DNA from: Marinobacter sp.
GTDB lineage: Bacteria; Pseudomonadota; Gammaproteobacteria; Pseudomonadales; Oleiphilaceae
Assembly: GCA_046260345.1 (NCBI GenBank)
Contig: JBHEPI010000135.1
Coordinates: 190-64,189, forward strand
Direction: 5' to 3'
DNA length: 64,000 nucleotides
The notes under the pieces were generated by a model. The model was given only the letters and a program-made list of their open reading frames with translations, was not told the origin of the DNA and ran no database searches. Below, piece after piece: positions 37,310-47,800 of this stretch. Numbering within the stretch: the first letter of the stretch is position 1; the number at the start of each line of letters is the position of its first letter. The translations under genes and the position numbers were made by a program.

Positions 37310-38641
37310 TTACAACACGCCTTCGATGGCTTGCGCCTGTCGCAATAGGGTTTCATCCGTGCCGTTGCGGCCGATCAGCATCAGCCCGCTCGGCAACTCG
37401 TTGGCCGCGTGGTTGGGCAGGCTGATGGCACAAAGGTCCAGCAGATTGGCAACGGTAGGGTTGCGCAGGATCAGCAGATTCAGGCGGGCGTATTCGTCAT
37501 CAGCTGCAAGGTCCTCTAGCAGCGGCGGCACCACCGGCACAGTGGGTGCCAGCAGGCCATCGAAGTCCTGCAGCCATTCGTCAGCCTGTTGTTTCCGGTG
37601 CAGCCGGCGCCGGCAGAGTTCCAGGTAATCGGCCGCAGAGATGGCTGCGCCGCGTTCGATCCGGCTGCGTACCCGAGGATCGTATTTATCACCATGTTCC
37701 GCCATTGCCTGGCGGTGCACGAAATAGCTTTCGGCTGCCGTCAAACCGCCACCCTCCATGAGTTCTGGCAGTGCGGTGAGCACCGGGCATGACGCTTCAA
37801 TAATAATGGCGCCCTGGTCCCGGAGCATCGTCAGGCTGTGGGAGAATGCCTTTGCCACCGAATCGTCCAGCCCGTCCAGCATGAGGTTGGTTGGTACTAC
37901 AAACCGGCGCCCCCTGAGGCTGGCGGGTTTCAGGGGGTGGTAACGGCGACCGGTCAGAACTGCATCCAGCCGCGCGCAACAGTCAACGCTGCGGGCAATC
38001 GGGCCGATGGAGTCCAGGCTGTCCGAGAGCGGAAAGGTGCCGTCGCGGGGTATGCGGAACTGGGATGGTTTAAATCCGACCAGGCCACAGAATGCCGCCG
38101 GAATGCGAACCGAGCCGCCGGTATCAGTGCCGATGGCTGCGGCAGCCATGTTCTGTGCCACCGCGACCGCTGCACCTGAGGAAGATCCGCCGGGAATGCG
38201 ACCCGGCGCCAGCGGGTTGTCCGGTGTGCCGTAATGGGGGTTAAGTCCTACCCCCGAATAGGCGAATTCCGTCATGTTGGTGTGGCCGGTGATCACCGCG
38301 CCTTCACGCCGCAAACGGGACACGATGAGCGCGTCAGTTTGCGCTGGCGCCTGCCAGCTGCGGGAGCCAGCGTGGGTTATTTCACCGGCCACATCAAACA
38401 GCGCTTTCAGCGCGACCGGCAGCCCGGCCAGTTGACCGCCCTGAACACCGGCTGCACGCAACTGGTCACTGGCCCGTGCCTCCGCTCGCGCGGTGTGATC
38501 AAATCGTTTGGTATAGATCTGCGCGTTGGGATTGTCGTGATCGTCTATGCGGGCAAGGCAGCTATTCAGCAGCTCCGTGGCCTGCTGTTTGCCTATGGCC
38601 ATTTGGTCCAGCAGCCGGGCCAGCGTGGTTTCCTGGTTCAT
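37310..38641 (-). CDS. Amidase-signature family enzyme
   Basis: K.LFD, GGSSSG, GTDTGGSVRIPA (Ser-cisSer-Lys triad). Confidence 0.93.
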   Translation of the reverse strand: MNQETTLARLLDQMAIGKQQATELLNSCLARIDDHDNPNAQIYTKRFDHTARAEARASDQLRAAGVQGGQLAGLPVALKALFDVAGEITHAGSRSWQAPAQTDALIVSRLRREGAVITGHTNMTEFAYSGVGLNPHYGTPDNPLAPGRIPGGSSSGAAVAVAQNMAAAAIGTDTGGSVRIPAAFCGLVGFKPSQFRIPRDGTFPLSDSLDSIGPIARSVDCCARLDAVLTGRRYHPLKPASLRGRRFVVPTNLMLDGLDDSVAKAFSHSLTMLRDQGAIIIEASCPVLTALPELMEGGGLTAAESYFVHRQAMAEHGDKYDPRVRSRIERGAAISAADYLELCRRRLHRKQQADEWLQDFDGLLAPTVPVVPPLLEDLAADDEYARLNLLILRNPTVANLLDLCAISLPNHAANELPSGLMLIGRNGTDETLLRQAQAIEGVL

Positions 38642-39315
38642 GCGATCACCGGCAAGGTCTGAATCTCGTACCGGTGCTGAAGTTCGCGGCCGGTGACCGG
38701 ATCTTTCAGCACCATGCGAAAAGCCTGTGCCGGGCGTAGTTCACCGATCACCGGCAGCGTGCCGCACAGCATGGCCTGTCCCGGGGCCAGTTCGGCGTTG
38801 TCCAGCCCGAATCGCCGTAGCAGTTCCGCAGGATGCAGCAGGCCAGTGACCGGACCTTCCTGGTACAACGCTTCTTCGCCGTCGATGGTGGCGTAGGATG
38901 CCATCTGCAGTTCATCCCAGTGGTCGATCACACTGTCCAGCCGCCACAACTGAAAACTGACGGGTTTGGCGCAGACCTGTTTGGAATGGGCCACGGACCA
39001 GGCTTCTGCTTCACGGTCGGTGTGATCCGAACCAATACCCACCAGCGTGCCCTGATGAGTACCGATCAGCACCACTTCCACTTCACCGCTGGAGGCTTCT
39101 CCCAGCACCTGAATGTCCGGGGCGATGGTGAGCTGATCCGCAGCCACACGGTAGAATAACGGGGTGTTGGAAGGTGGGGTTACGCCAATCTCTTTAAGCT
39201 CTTCTATATGCTCGTCGATGGCAGACTGAACCCGCCCTGCCCAGCCTGCAATCACCAGCTGGTAAACATCTACATCAATGGTTTCCGCGGTATCAGCGAT
39301 CTGGAATGTTGTCAT
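38638..39315 (-). CDS. DUF2848 protein (FAH-like fold)
   Basis: IAGWAGR, HIEEL..IGV.PP, SSGEVE, GSDHTDR..E, SKQ.C.KP. Confidence 0.88.
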   Translation of the reverse strand: MTTFQIADTAETIDVDVYQLVIAGWAGRVQSAIDEHIEELKEIGVTPPSNTPLFYRVAADQLTIAPDIQVLGEASSGEVEVVLIGTHQGTLVGIGSDHTDREAEAWSVAHSKQVCAKPVSFQLWRLDSVIDHWDELQMASYATIDGEEALYQEGPVTGLLHPAELLRRFGLDNAELAPGQAMLCGTLPVIGELRPAQAFRMVLKDPVTGRELQHRYEIQTLPVIA

Positions 39316-39347
39316 TAAGTCTCTCCGGTCATCGGGTTCGTGGCTGA

Positions 39348-40631
39348 TTACTTCATCAGCTCGGGAAGGAATGTGGCCACCTGCGGGAACAGCACCAGCA
39401 CTATCGCCATCAGGAACATGATGCCAACGTAGGGCATGGCGCCTTTCATCACGTCGCTGAACGGTCCACCTTTCCGGACCCCTTGCACCACATAGAGATT
39501 GAGCCCCACCGGTGGTGTGATCAGCGCCATTTCAATCAGCAGAATGATCAGGATGCCAAGCCACACCGGATCAAAGCCCATGGCAATAATGATCGGGGCA
39601 ACGATGGGAATGGTGATCACCATTAAAGACAGGGTTTCAATGAAGAAACCGAGAACGATGTAAAGCAGGATGGCCAGCATCAGCGTGGAATAGGGCCCAA
39701 GCCCTGCATTCTCCAGGAACGAGGTCAACTCCCGGGTTACTCCGGCTGAGGCCAGCACAAAGTTCAGGAAGTAGGAGGCAATGATAATCAGCATAATCAT
39801 GCCGGTGGTTTTCATAGTGCCGTCCAGCGCCTGGGTAATAACACTCACGGACAGCTTTCCCATAAAGGCTGCAATCACCAGGGCGCCAAGCACACCCAGG
39901 GAGGCCGCTTCGGTCGGTGTTGCTACGCCAGCATAGATAGACCCGACCACGATGCCGAACAGCGTCAATACCGGCACCAAGTGTTTCAGGCCGGAAAAAC
40001 GATCGCCCCAGCTGTGCGACACGCTGGGCCCTCCAAGGCTCGGCTTCCAGATGCAGATTAGAGCGGTGCCGACAATGAACATCAGAGCCAGCAGCAGGCC
40101 GGGTATCAGGCCGGCAGCAAACAGCTGTGGAATTGAGGTTTCGGTCAGGAATCCATAAACAATCAGGTTGATCGACGGTGGAATCATGATTCCGAGGGTG
40201 CCGCCGGCGGCAATTGAACCGGTGAACAGTTTGGGGTCGTACCCCATTTCTTTACCTTGCGGGAGTGCTACGGTGCCAATGGTGGCAGCCGTGGCAACAC
40301 TGGAACCGGAGGTGGCCGAGAACAGAGTTGCGGTACCAATGTTGGCGTGCAGCAGACCACCAGGCAGCCAGGACATCCAGCTCTCCAGGGAACGGTAGGT
40401 GCCGCGGGCAATGCCGGTGCGCACCAGAATCTCTCCCAGCAGTATAAACAGTGGTATGGCGATCAGCAGGTACTTGTCAGATGCTGACCAGAGCACATCT
40501 CCCATCGCATTGATCAGCGGGAAGGGGGAAAACAGCTCTGCCAGCAGCAACGCCAGTGCAATCAGCGTGGCCGCGACGGGCACGCTCATTAACAGAAGAA
40601 CCATCAGAATGACCAGTGCGGTAATGATCAT
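39348..40631 (-). CDS. dctM: TRAP transporter large permease
   Basis: AIPLFIL.G, SGSSVAT, GTLGIMIPPS, TPTEAA, ITPPVGLNL. Confidence 0.95.
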   Translation of the reverse strand: MIITALVILMVLLLMSVPVAATLIALALLLAELFSPFPLINAMGDVLWSASDKYLLIAIPLFILLGEILVRTGIARGTYRSLESWMSWLPGGLLHANIGTATLFSATSGSSVATAATIGTVALPQGKEMGYDPKLFTGSIAAGGTLGIMIPPSINLIVYGFLTETSIPQLFAAGLIPGLLLALMFIVGTALICIWKPSLGGPSVSHSWGDRFSGLKHLVPVLTLFGIVVGSIYAGVATPTEAASLGVLGALVIAAFMGKLSVSVITQALDGTMKTTGMIMLIIIASYFLNFVLASAGVTRELTSFLENAGLGPYSTLMLAILLYIVLGFFIETLSLMVITIPIVAPIIIAMGFDPVWLGILIILLIEMALITPPVGLNLYVVQGVRKGGPFSDVMKGAMPYVGIMFLMAIVLVLFPQVATFLPELMK

Positions 40632-41224
40632 GAGCGTGCTTCCATATTTTCTTCTTCAATTTGTTCGTCCAGCGTCGGACTGCCAGCCAGTTTCTGAACG
40701 GCTTCGGTGTCGCCGCTGAGCAGCCCGACAAAGGCTCGCAGGGAAACCACGCAAACGGCAAAGCCAAACCAGACCAGGCCCACAAGCCAAAGCATCTGTG
40801 GCATCCACAAGGGTGTGCCCAGTGGCGTGTTGGCGGTGGACCCACCGCTGTAGGAGTCGCTGAGCACTTGGAAAACTGCGTCGACCACCAGGATAGAGAA
40901 CATGGCCAATGCCAGTAAGGCGATCAGATCAAGCACACCGCGTACTTTCATGGGAAATGTCAGGTACAGCGCATCAATGCGAATGTGCGCCTTGCACATC
41001 AATGTGTAGGCAAAGGACCAGCTCGCGCTGATGGCCATGATGTAGCCGGTCAGTTCGGTGGCGTGGACAGCTGAGCGGCCCATAAAAATCCGTGAGGCGA
41101 CTTCGATGGTAACGAGAATGACGGTCAGAAGTATCATGACGCCAGCTGCGCGGGCCATCCACAGCGAGCCGACCTGAACGCCGGTCAGCACCTGGTCAAG
41201 AACGGTGTTCACCCGTTGTAACAT
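40628..41224 (-). CDS. dctQ: TRAP transporter small permease
   Basis: Four TM segments, EL..Y and HIRID motifs. Confidence 0.92.
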   Translation of the reverse strand: MLQRVNTVLDQVLTGVQVGSLWMARAAGVMILLTVILVTIEVASRIFMGRSAVHATELTGYIMAISASWSFAYTLMCKAHIRIDALYLTFPMKVRGVLDLIALLALAMFSILVVDAVFQVLSDSYSGGSTANTPLGTPLWMPQMLWLVGLVWFGFAVCVVSLRAFVGLLSGDTEAVQKLAGSPTLDEQIEEENMEARS

Positions 41225-41236
41225 GTTGTTCTCCCG

Positions 41237-41267
41237 AGCGACGGGCCGATGGGTTCGGCCCGTCGCT
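41237..41267. terminator. Perfect 13-bp GC-rich stem-loop between dctP and dctQ
   Basis: AGCGACGGGCCGA-TGGGT-TCGGCCCGTCGCT; no U-tract, so more likely an mRNA stabiliser than an intrinsic terminator. Confidence 0.65.
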
Positions 41268-41285
41268 GTTACGGTTATATGGCTG

Positions 41286-42350
41286 TTACTGGGACGCTTT
41301 CAGGTCTGTTACCGCACCAATGGTTTCGTTCCAGCGATCCACCCATTCCTGGTCAACGCGCTGTGCCCAGTTCGGCAACAGTGTTTCTTCCAGATGGCGG
41401 GAGGCCTCAGTGAAGTCGTTGTCGGTGGCTTCTACAAGCACCATGTCGCCGGCATCGCCACGGGAACATTCGCCATTACCGGTCAGGCAGGCGATGCCTT
41501 CTTTCGTCTCTTCAACCGCAGAGTCCCAGACCGGATCTTCATAGTTTTCTTTCAGCTCCGCGGTCAGCCACTCCTGGGTTGCCGCTGAAAGTGAGTTCCA
41601 TTTTTTGCCATTCATGGCTGTAACCACGTGATCCCAGCCACCGACCGGCAGTGGGTAGAGATGGGTGGAGACTTCGTGCCAGCCAGAGCTGTAACCAGAC
41701 AGGGAACCGGTCACCGCACAGTCAATAACGCCACGCTGCAGTGCGCCGGGCACTTCACTGAAGTTCAGTGTGATGCCTTCGGCCCCCAGGGCTTCCAGGA
41801 ATTCGGCCGTGGTCCGACCGCTGGCGCGGACCTTCATGCCTTTGAGATCACTCAGCCCGTCAATGTCGGCATTGCAGAACACCATTTGCGAGGGGTAGGG
41901 GACAACCGCAAGCAGTTGCGCACCCTCGTAGCGCTCCTTGAATGCATCGGCGAGTACCGGGCGATAGGCTTCCGCCACTTTACGGGCGGTCTCCACATCG
42001 GGAGCAATCATTGGCATGTCCAGGCCTTCCAGTTCTGGTGCGTCTTCCACCGCGTAATCCGCCACCGTGGAGGCAACCTCCACCACATCGCGGCCCATCA
42101 GGCGGTAAACTTCGCCGCCGCCAAGCCCCATCTGATCAAAGGTTGTCACTTCAGTGGTGATCTGGTCATCGGATGCGTCCGGGACATGTTTTTCCCAGAA
42201 CGGGCGCTCGAAGTTCTGGTAGAGGGACAGACTGCTCCAGCTACCGACATAGTTGATGCTGGTTTTGTCCAGATCCTGTGCCATTACCTGCGAGCCTGCG
42301 AATGCCAGGCTGATCAGGGTGGCTTTTGTGAAGTTTTTTCTTGTAGTCAT
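41286..42350 (-). CDS. dctP: TRAP transporter substrate-binding protein
   Basis: Signal peptide, DLKGMKVR, ALGA, EV..ALQRGVID; ATG 42350. Confidence 0.93.
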   Translation of the reverse strand: MTTRKNFTKATLISLAFAGSQVMAQDLDKTSINYVGSWSSLSLYQNFERPFWEKHVPDASDDQITTEVTTFDQMGLGGGEVYRLMGRDVVEVASTVADYAVEDAPELEGLDMPMIAPDVETARKVAEAYRPVLADAFKERYEGAQLLAVVPYPSQMVFCNADIDGLSDLKGMKVRASGRTTAEFLEALGAEGITLNFSEVPGALQRGVIDCAVTGSLSGYSSGWHEVSTHLYPLPVGGWDHVVTAMNGKKWNSLSAATQEWLTAELKENYEDPVWDSAVEETKEGIACLTGNGECSRGDAGDMVLVEATDNDFTEASRHLEETLLPNWAQRVDQEWVDRWNETIGAVTDLKASQ

Positions 42351-42387
42351 AAGGGTTTCCTCTCTGTGGTCTTCGGGGTAGTGCCTG

Positions 42388-43191
42388 TCAGAACAGGGCC
42401 AGGCTGCTGTCGGGAATGTCTGTGACCAGCATATGCCCTGGGCTGTGGGTGATTGCGAACTCAATGCCGGCATCGATAAGAACCTGCTGCGGAGTGACGC
42501 CGCAGGCCCAGAAAACCGGAATCTCATCCCTGCCCACGGAAACGGAGTCGCCATAATCCGGATGGCTCAGATCAGAAATTCCGATCAGCGATGGATCTCC
42601 CAGGTGCACGGGGGAGCCGTGAACCTGCGGATAGCGCGTGGTGATCTGGACGGCCCGAATCGCATCGGCGGCTGAGAACGGCCGCATGGACACCACCAGG
42701 TTGCCGCCGAATCCGCCGGCGGAGGTCAGTGGTACGGATGTATTGAACATTGGCACGTTCCGCGATTCTTCTATGTGCCTGATTGTCAGGCCGGCCTCAA
42801 TCAATGCGTGTTCGAAGGTAAATGAGCAGCCAAGCGCGAACGTGACCAGGTCATCCCGCCAGTCATCACTGACATCGTATCGGGTATCGCTGACTTCGCC
42901 GTATCGGTAGATGCGGTAAGCGGGCACATCTCTGGCGATGTCCAGCTCTCTGCCCAGCAGAGTGCAGGTGCGCGAGCCGGGCTCGCTGACGGCCAGCAGA
43001 GGGCAGGGTTTGGGGTTGGCCTGGCAGAAACGCAGAAAACCCGCTGCCTGGGATTCTGGCAGAATGACCAGGTTGACCTGGACATGCCCATTGGCAAGCC
43101 CGGAGGTGGGGCCTGTAAGGCTGCCATTCCGCGCGGCCATTCGAACAGTCTGGGGGGTGGAGCGTGCGTTCAGGTGAGCGATGGTTGCCAT
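42388..43191 (-). CDS. DUF1445 / YcsI putative hydro-lyase (D-glutamate cyclase family)
   Basis: [49 protein letters not shown]. Confidence 0.92.
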   Translation of the reverse strand: MATIAHLNARSTPQTVRMAARNGSLTGPTSGLANGHVQVNLVILPESQAAGFLRFCQANPKPCPLLAVSEPGSRTCTLLGRELDIARDVPAYRIYRYGEVSDTRYDVSDDWRDDLVTFALGCSFTFEHALIEAGLTIRHIEESRNVPMFNTSVPLTSAGGFGGNLVVSMRPFSAADAIRAVQITTRYPQVHGSPVHLGDPSLIGISDLSHPDYGDSVSVGRDEIPVFWACGVTPQQVLIDAGIEFAITHSPGHMLVTDIPDSSLALF

Positions 43192-43269
43192 GATTCTGCC
43201 TGATAGATGAGTTTATAACATTTAAGGCAGAGGCAATGATTAACGCAAATCGAAAATAAGGATCAGGTT

Positions 43270-43288
43270 TGATAGAAAAAATGAATCA
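43270..43288. promoter_or_regulatory. Putative LysR recognition box
   Basis: TGAT-N11-ATCA palindrome (T-N11-A) about 80 bp upstream of the DUF1445 start. Confidence 0.5.
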
Positions 43289-43314
43289 GTCCTGAGTTTC
43301 AATATGTTGCGTGG

Positions 43315-44208
43315 TTAATCTGTTGTCGAATCGCGTTCTGTTGTGATGGCCATGGCAAGTTCCGCAATGGCGTGAACCACACTGCTGCTTGGTGCAGCAC
43401 GGTATGAGACGTTGAATTTGAGGTCAGGTACGGTTGCGTCAACCTTGAACTGGCGAAGAGCACCGGCGTCCAGCTCCCGTTGCAGAATTTCCTGTGGAAG
43501 TGCGCTGACGCCGAGGCCATCCACGGTCATACGGATAATGGTAGACAGTGAAGAACAGGAATGAACCCGCGTGGAGTGGTTCATTGGATCTACGAGCGAA
43601 CGGATCGCAATGTAGGGCTCACTTTGTCTGGGGTAGGTAACGATGGGCCATGAGGCGAGCTCGGCCAATGACATGGTTTGGTCGGGAATATCAAGCTGCG
43701 GGCTGGCAACCCAGACCAGGGAATACTGGCACAGATTCCGGTTGATGATGCCGGGCTGGTTGACGCCACCCATCAGAAAGGCAATGTCGATCTCGTGGTT
43801 CTTGAGTTTCTCCGCCAGGTTGACAGAAATATCTACGTCCAGTTCGAGGTTGATGGCAGGGTAGGCTTCACTCACGCGCTCCAGCAACTGGGGAAGCCAG
43901 GTGTGGGCAATGGTTTCAGATACGGCCAGTCGAATGGTTCCCTTGATAGATGCAGGCCTGGCAACAGCCTGAAGCATTTCTCCGTGCAAGCTCAGCATTT
44001 TCTCGGCATAGACCAGAAACTCCCGGCCTCTGGCCGTAAGCGTAATCTTCTTGCCGGAGCGGTCAAACAGTTCCACGCCAAGCTGGTCTTCAAGGCCTGC
44101 AATGCGAGCGGACACCGATGGTTGTGAAGCATAGACTCTGCTGGCAGCGGCACGAAAACTTCCGAGCCGGGCAATCCAGACAAAGGTTTCCAGGGTGCGG
44201 ATATTCAT
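43315..44208 (-). CDS. LysR-family transcriptional regulator
   Basis: GSFRAAA...SQPSVSARI..LE..LGV.LF.R helix-turn-helix. Confidence 0.95.
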   Translation of the reverse strand: MNIRTLETFVWIARLGSFRAAASRVYASQPSVSARIAGLEDQLGVELFDRSGKKITLTARGREFLVYAEKMLSLHGEMLQAVARPASIKGTIRLAVSETIAHTWLPQLLERVSEAYPAINLELDVDISVNLAEKLKNHEIDIAFLMGGVNQPGIINRNLCQYSLVWVASPQLDIPDQTMSLAELASWPIVTYPRQSEPYIAIRSLVDPMNHSTRVHSCSSLSTIIRMTVDGLGVSALPQEILQRELDAGALRQFKVDATVPDLKFNVSYRAAPSSSVVHAIAELAMAITTERDSTTD

Positions 44209-44660
44209 GCTATTCCCGCATCCTTAACATTTTCCATCACTACAAAGGTACTGGTCTGAAGTACGTGGGGCAGAGCGGAGATCTGTTCTCCCAATACCTG
44301 CCGATACTCCGCCATGTTGCGAGTGCGCACTTTCAGCAGGTAATCGAAGTTGCCTGCGATCATGTGGCATTGCTCTACCGCTGAGATCTGCTTTACTGCC
44401 TTATTGAAGGCAGCCAGTGCGCCGCTGCTGGTATCGTTCAGGGTCACCTGGGCAAATGCAACGTGGCTTTGCCCGAGTTTGGTCTGGTTAACCAGCGCGG
44501 TATAGCCGGTTATGTAGCCCTGCTCCTCAAGGCGCCGCATGCGCACCTGGCAGGGTGTTTTCGACAGTCCCACCCGGGATGCAAGTTCAGTTACTGTGAT
44601 TCGCGCATGCTTCTGCAGTTCCCGGATGATGGAGTGATCGATTCTGTCCAGTTCGACCAT
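44205..44660 (-). CDS. putR: Lrp/AsnC regulator, PutR-like
   Basis: LDRID..I..ELQ, VGLSKTPC..R, G.FDYLLKV; divergent from gdh-putA. Confidence 0.8.
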   Translation of the reverse strand: MVELDRIDHSIIRELQKHARITVTELASRVGLSKTPCQVRMRRLEEQGYITGYTALVNQTKLGQSHVAFAQVTLNDTSSGALAAFNKAVKQISAVEQCHMIAGNFDYLLKVRTRNMAEYRQVLGEQISALPHVLQTSTFVVMENVKDAGIA

Positions 44661-44818
44661 AGAATGTTTTCCTGGCTTATTTAACGGCTAATTGTGGCCA
44701 CGAATATAATCAAAATACCTGCACTTTAAAACTATATGGGCAAAGAGCCTCCGGGGAGTTGGCTATACTGGAGGTATTCAGCCATACATGCACCCGTTGA
44801 TAGCCCCGGAGACCCCTG

Positions 44819-47800
44819 ATGCCCCAGCCCGAATCCCGACAACAACAAACTTTGCTGGAACAAATTTCAGAAGCCCTGGAAGGGGAAGATTACGATTCTG
44901 ACGACTCGCGAAACCTGCGAGACATTGTTGCCGCGATGATGGAAGAATCCCGGTCGTGGGATGAAGCATTGCTGCTTCGGCTGGAAGAGTTTTTGGGGAA
45001 AGGCCCCGGAAAACAGTCTGCCGGCATGTTCAGTGGCGGTTTTCCATCCAGCTATCGGTCGAAGTTTTCCGTTGAAGAGGCGGTTGAGGATGTTCAGCAA
45101 ATCCAGTCCATAGCCCTGAGTTCTGATGTGCCCATGCGCTTTTACCAGCCAGCCGAGCATAGCGACCAGGAACTGAATTTCAAGCTGTACAGCCAGGGAA
45201 AATCAGTGATCCTGTCGGATGTGATTCCAATTCTGGAAAACCTGGGCATGCGAGTATTGGGAGAGCATCCCTACCGCATCCGCAGGCGCGACGGGGAACA
45301 GTTCGGAGTCAGTGATTTTACCGTACAGTTTCATTCCCGTTGCCGGGGCGCTGATGTTGAAAAAGCCAAACCCCTGCTGCAGGAGGGATTTCGCGAGATC
45401 TGGAATGGCTTTGCGGAGAACGATGACTTCAATCAGCTTATGATGGCTGCGAGCCTGGGCTGGCGAGAGGTCAGCGTTTTACGAGCCTATTCCCGTTATG
45501 TAAAGCAATTGCGTTTCGGGTTCAGTCAGCCGTTTATCGCCGACACCCTTGCGCGACACCTGGATATTACCTCGCGCCTGGTTGCCCTTTTCAATGCCCG
45601 ATTCAATCCTGACGCTTCAGTAGCGAAAAACCGGGAAGTGGTTGTTGCCGGTATTGAAACCGAGATTCTTGATGCCCTTGAGGCAGTGACAAGTCTGGAT
45701 GATGACCGGATTCTCAGACGGTTTTATATACTCATCAAGGCGACCCTGAGAACCAATTATTTCCAGCGCCAGGATACCGGCGAGTTCATAGGATACCTGT
45801 CGCTCAAGCTTGATCCCTCATCCATTCCCGATATTCCCAAACCCTGTCCGCATTTTGAGGTGTTCGTGTGCTCACCCAGGGTTGAAGGTGTTCACCTGAG
45901 GGCTGGCCCGGTGGCTCGGGGTGGGTTGCGCTGGTCTGATCGCAGTGAGGACTATCGCACTGAAATTCTCGGGCTGGTAAAGGCTCAGCAGGTGAAGAAT
46001 TCAGTGATCGTGCCTGTTGGTGCCAAGGGTGGCTTTATTGTTAAAAGGCCGCCGGAAGACGGCTCCCGGGAAGCCTTCAGGGAGGAAGGCATTAACTGCT
46101 ATCAAACGTTCATCCGGGGCCTGCTTGATCTGACCGACAACCTGAGTGAGGGCGAAGTGGTGCCGCCGGCCAATGTGGTTCGCTACGATGGCGATGACAC
46201 CTACCTGGTTGTTGCTGCGGACAAAGGTACAGCAACCTTCTCTGACATTGCCAATCAACTGGCCCGGGAGTATGGCTTCTGGCTGGGAGACGCGTTCGCC
46301 TCCGGGGGCAGCGAGGGCTATGACCACAAGAAGATGGGAATTACGGCGCGGGGAGCCTGGGAGTCGGTCAAACGACACTTTCTGGAGAGAGGCATTGATA
46401 CCCAGACCGAAGAGTTCACCGTGGTCGGTATCGGCGACATGGCGGGAGATGTATTCGGCAACGGCATGCTGTTGTCGGATCGTATTCGCCTGATTGGTGC
46501 GTTCAATCATCTGCATGTTTTCGTTGACCCTGAGCCGGACGCGGCGGCTGCGTTTGCGGAGCGCAAGCGTCTGTTCGAGTTGCCGGGCTCAAGCTGGGCG
46601 GACTATGACGAGCAAAAGATCAGCACGGGTGGCGGGGTGTTTTCCCGGGCTGCAAAGTGGATTCCGATATCTGAACAGATGCAGGCCCGCCTGGGCGTTG
46701 ACGCGGCCAGACTGCCGCCTAACGAGCTGATCAAGGCGCTGCTGAAGGCGCCGGTGGACATGCTCTGGAACGGTGGCATCGGCACCTACATGAAGGCGCC
46801 GACCGAATCCCACGAGGACGTTGGTGACAAATCCAATGATGCCGTGAGGGTCGATAGCCACGAATTACGCTGCAGCGTGCTTGGTGAGGGCGGTAACCTT
46901 GGCTTTACCCAACTCGGCCGAATTGGCTTCGCCCGAGCAGGCGGGGCGGCTAACACCGACTTTATTGATAATGCGGGAGGAGTGGATTGCTCGGACCATG
47001 AGGTCAATATCAAAATTCTTCTGAATGAGCAGGTGCGGCGTGGGCAGATGGCACTTGAGCAGCGGAACCAGATGTTAAGGGCAATGACGGCAGAGGTGTC
47101 GGAACTGGTGCTACGCAACAATTACCGCCAGGCGATGGCACTATGCCTGGCCCAGAACAGTGCGGTTGCCAGCATGGATGAATACGAGCGCCTGATGCGG
47201 CGGCTGGAGGCCGAAGGCAAGCTCGACCGGGCTCTTGAATTCCTGCCTGATGATGATGAGCTGAAGGAGCGGCGTGGAATCTCCTCTGGCCTCACCCGCC
47301 CGGAACTGTCAGTGCTGATTTCCTACGCCAAGATCGAACTCAAGCAGGCGTTGCTGAACACGCGTATTGTTCACGATGATCGCTTTGCCCGGGCGCTGTA
47401 CTCAGCCTTCCCGGCATCGTTGCTGGAACACTTCCCCGAAGCGATTGACGCGCATCCGTTGCGGGCAGAGATTTCAGCCACCCAGATCGCCAATGATATG
47501 GTGAATCGCATGGGTATCAGCTGGGCGGACAAGCTCCGGAATGCCACTGGCGCTGATAGTGGCCGGATAGCTGCAGCCTACCTGATCTCCCTCCAGATCC
47601 ATGACGTAGAGTCTCAGTGGACAGCCATAGAGGAACTGGATGGACGGATCAGCCCCGACATTCAGGCGGAGTTATTCACAGACGTGATTCGTCTGGTCAC
47701 GCGCAGTACCAGTTGGTTGCTGCATAATCGTCGAAGGGATCTGGATCCGACCTCTTGCGTTTCGTCTTATCAGCAGCCTCTTGCTGAGGTATTGGTCTCC

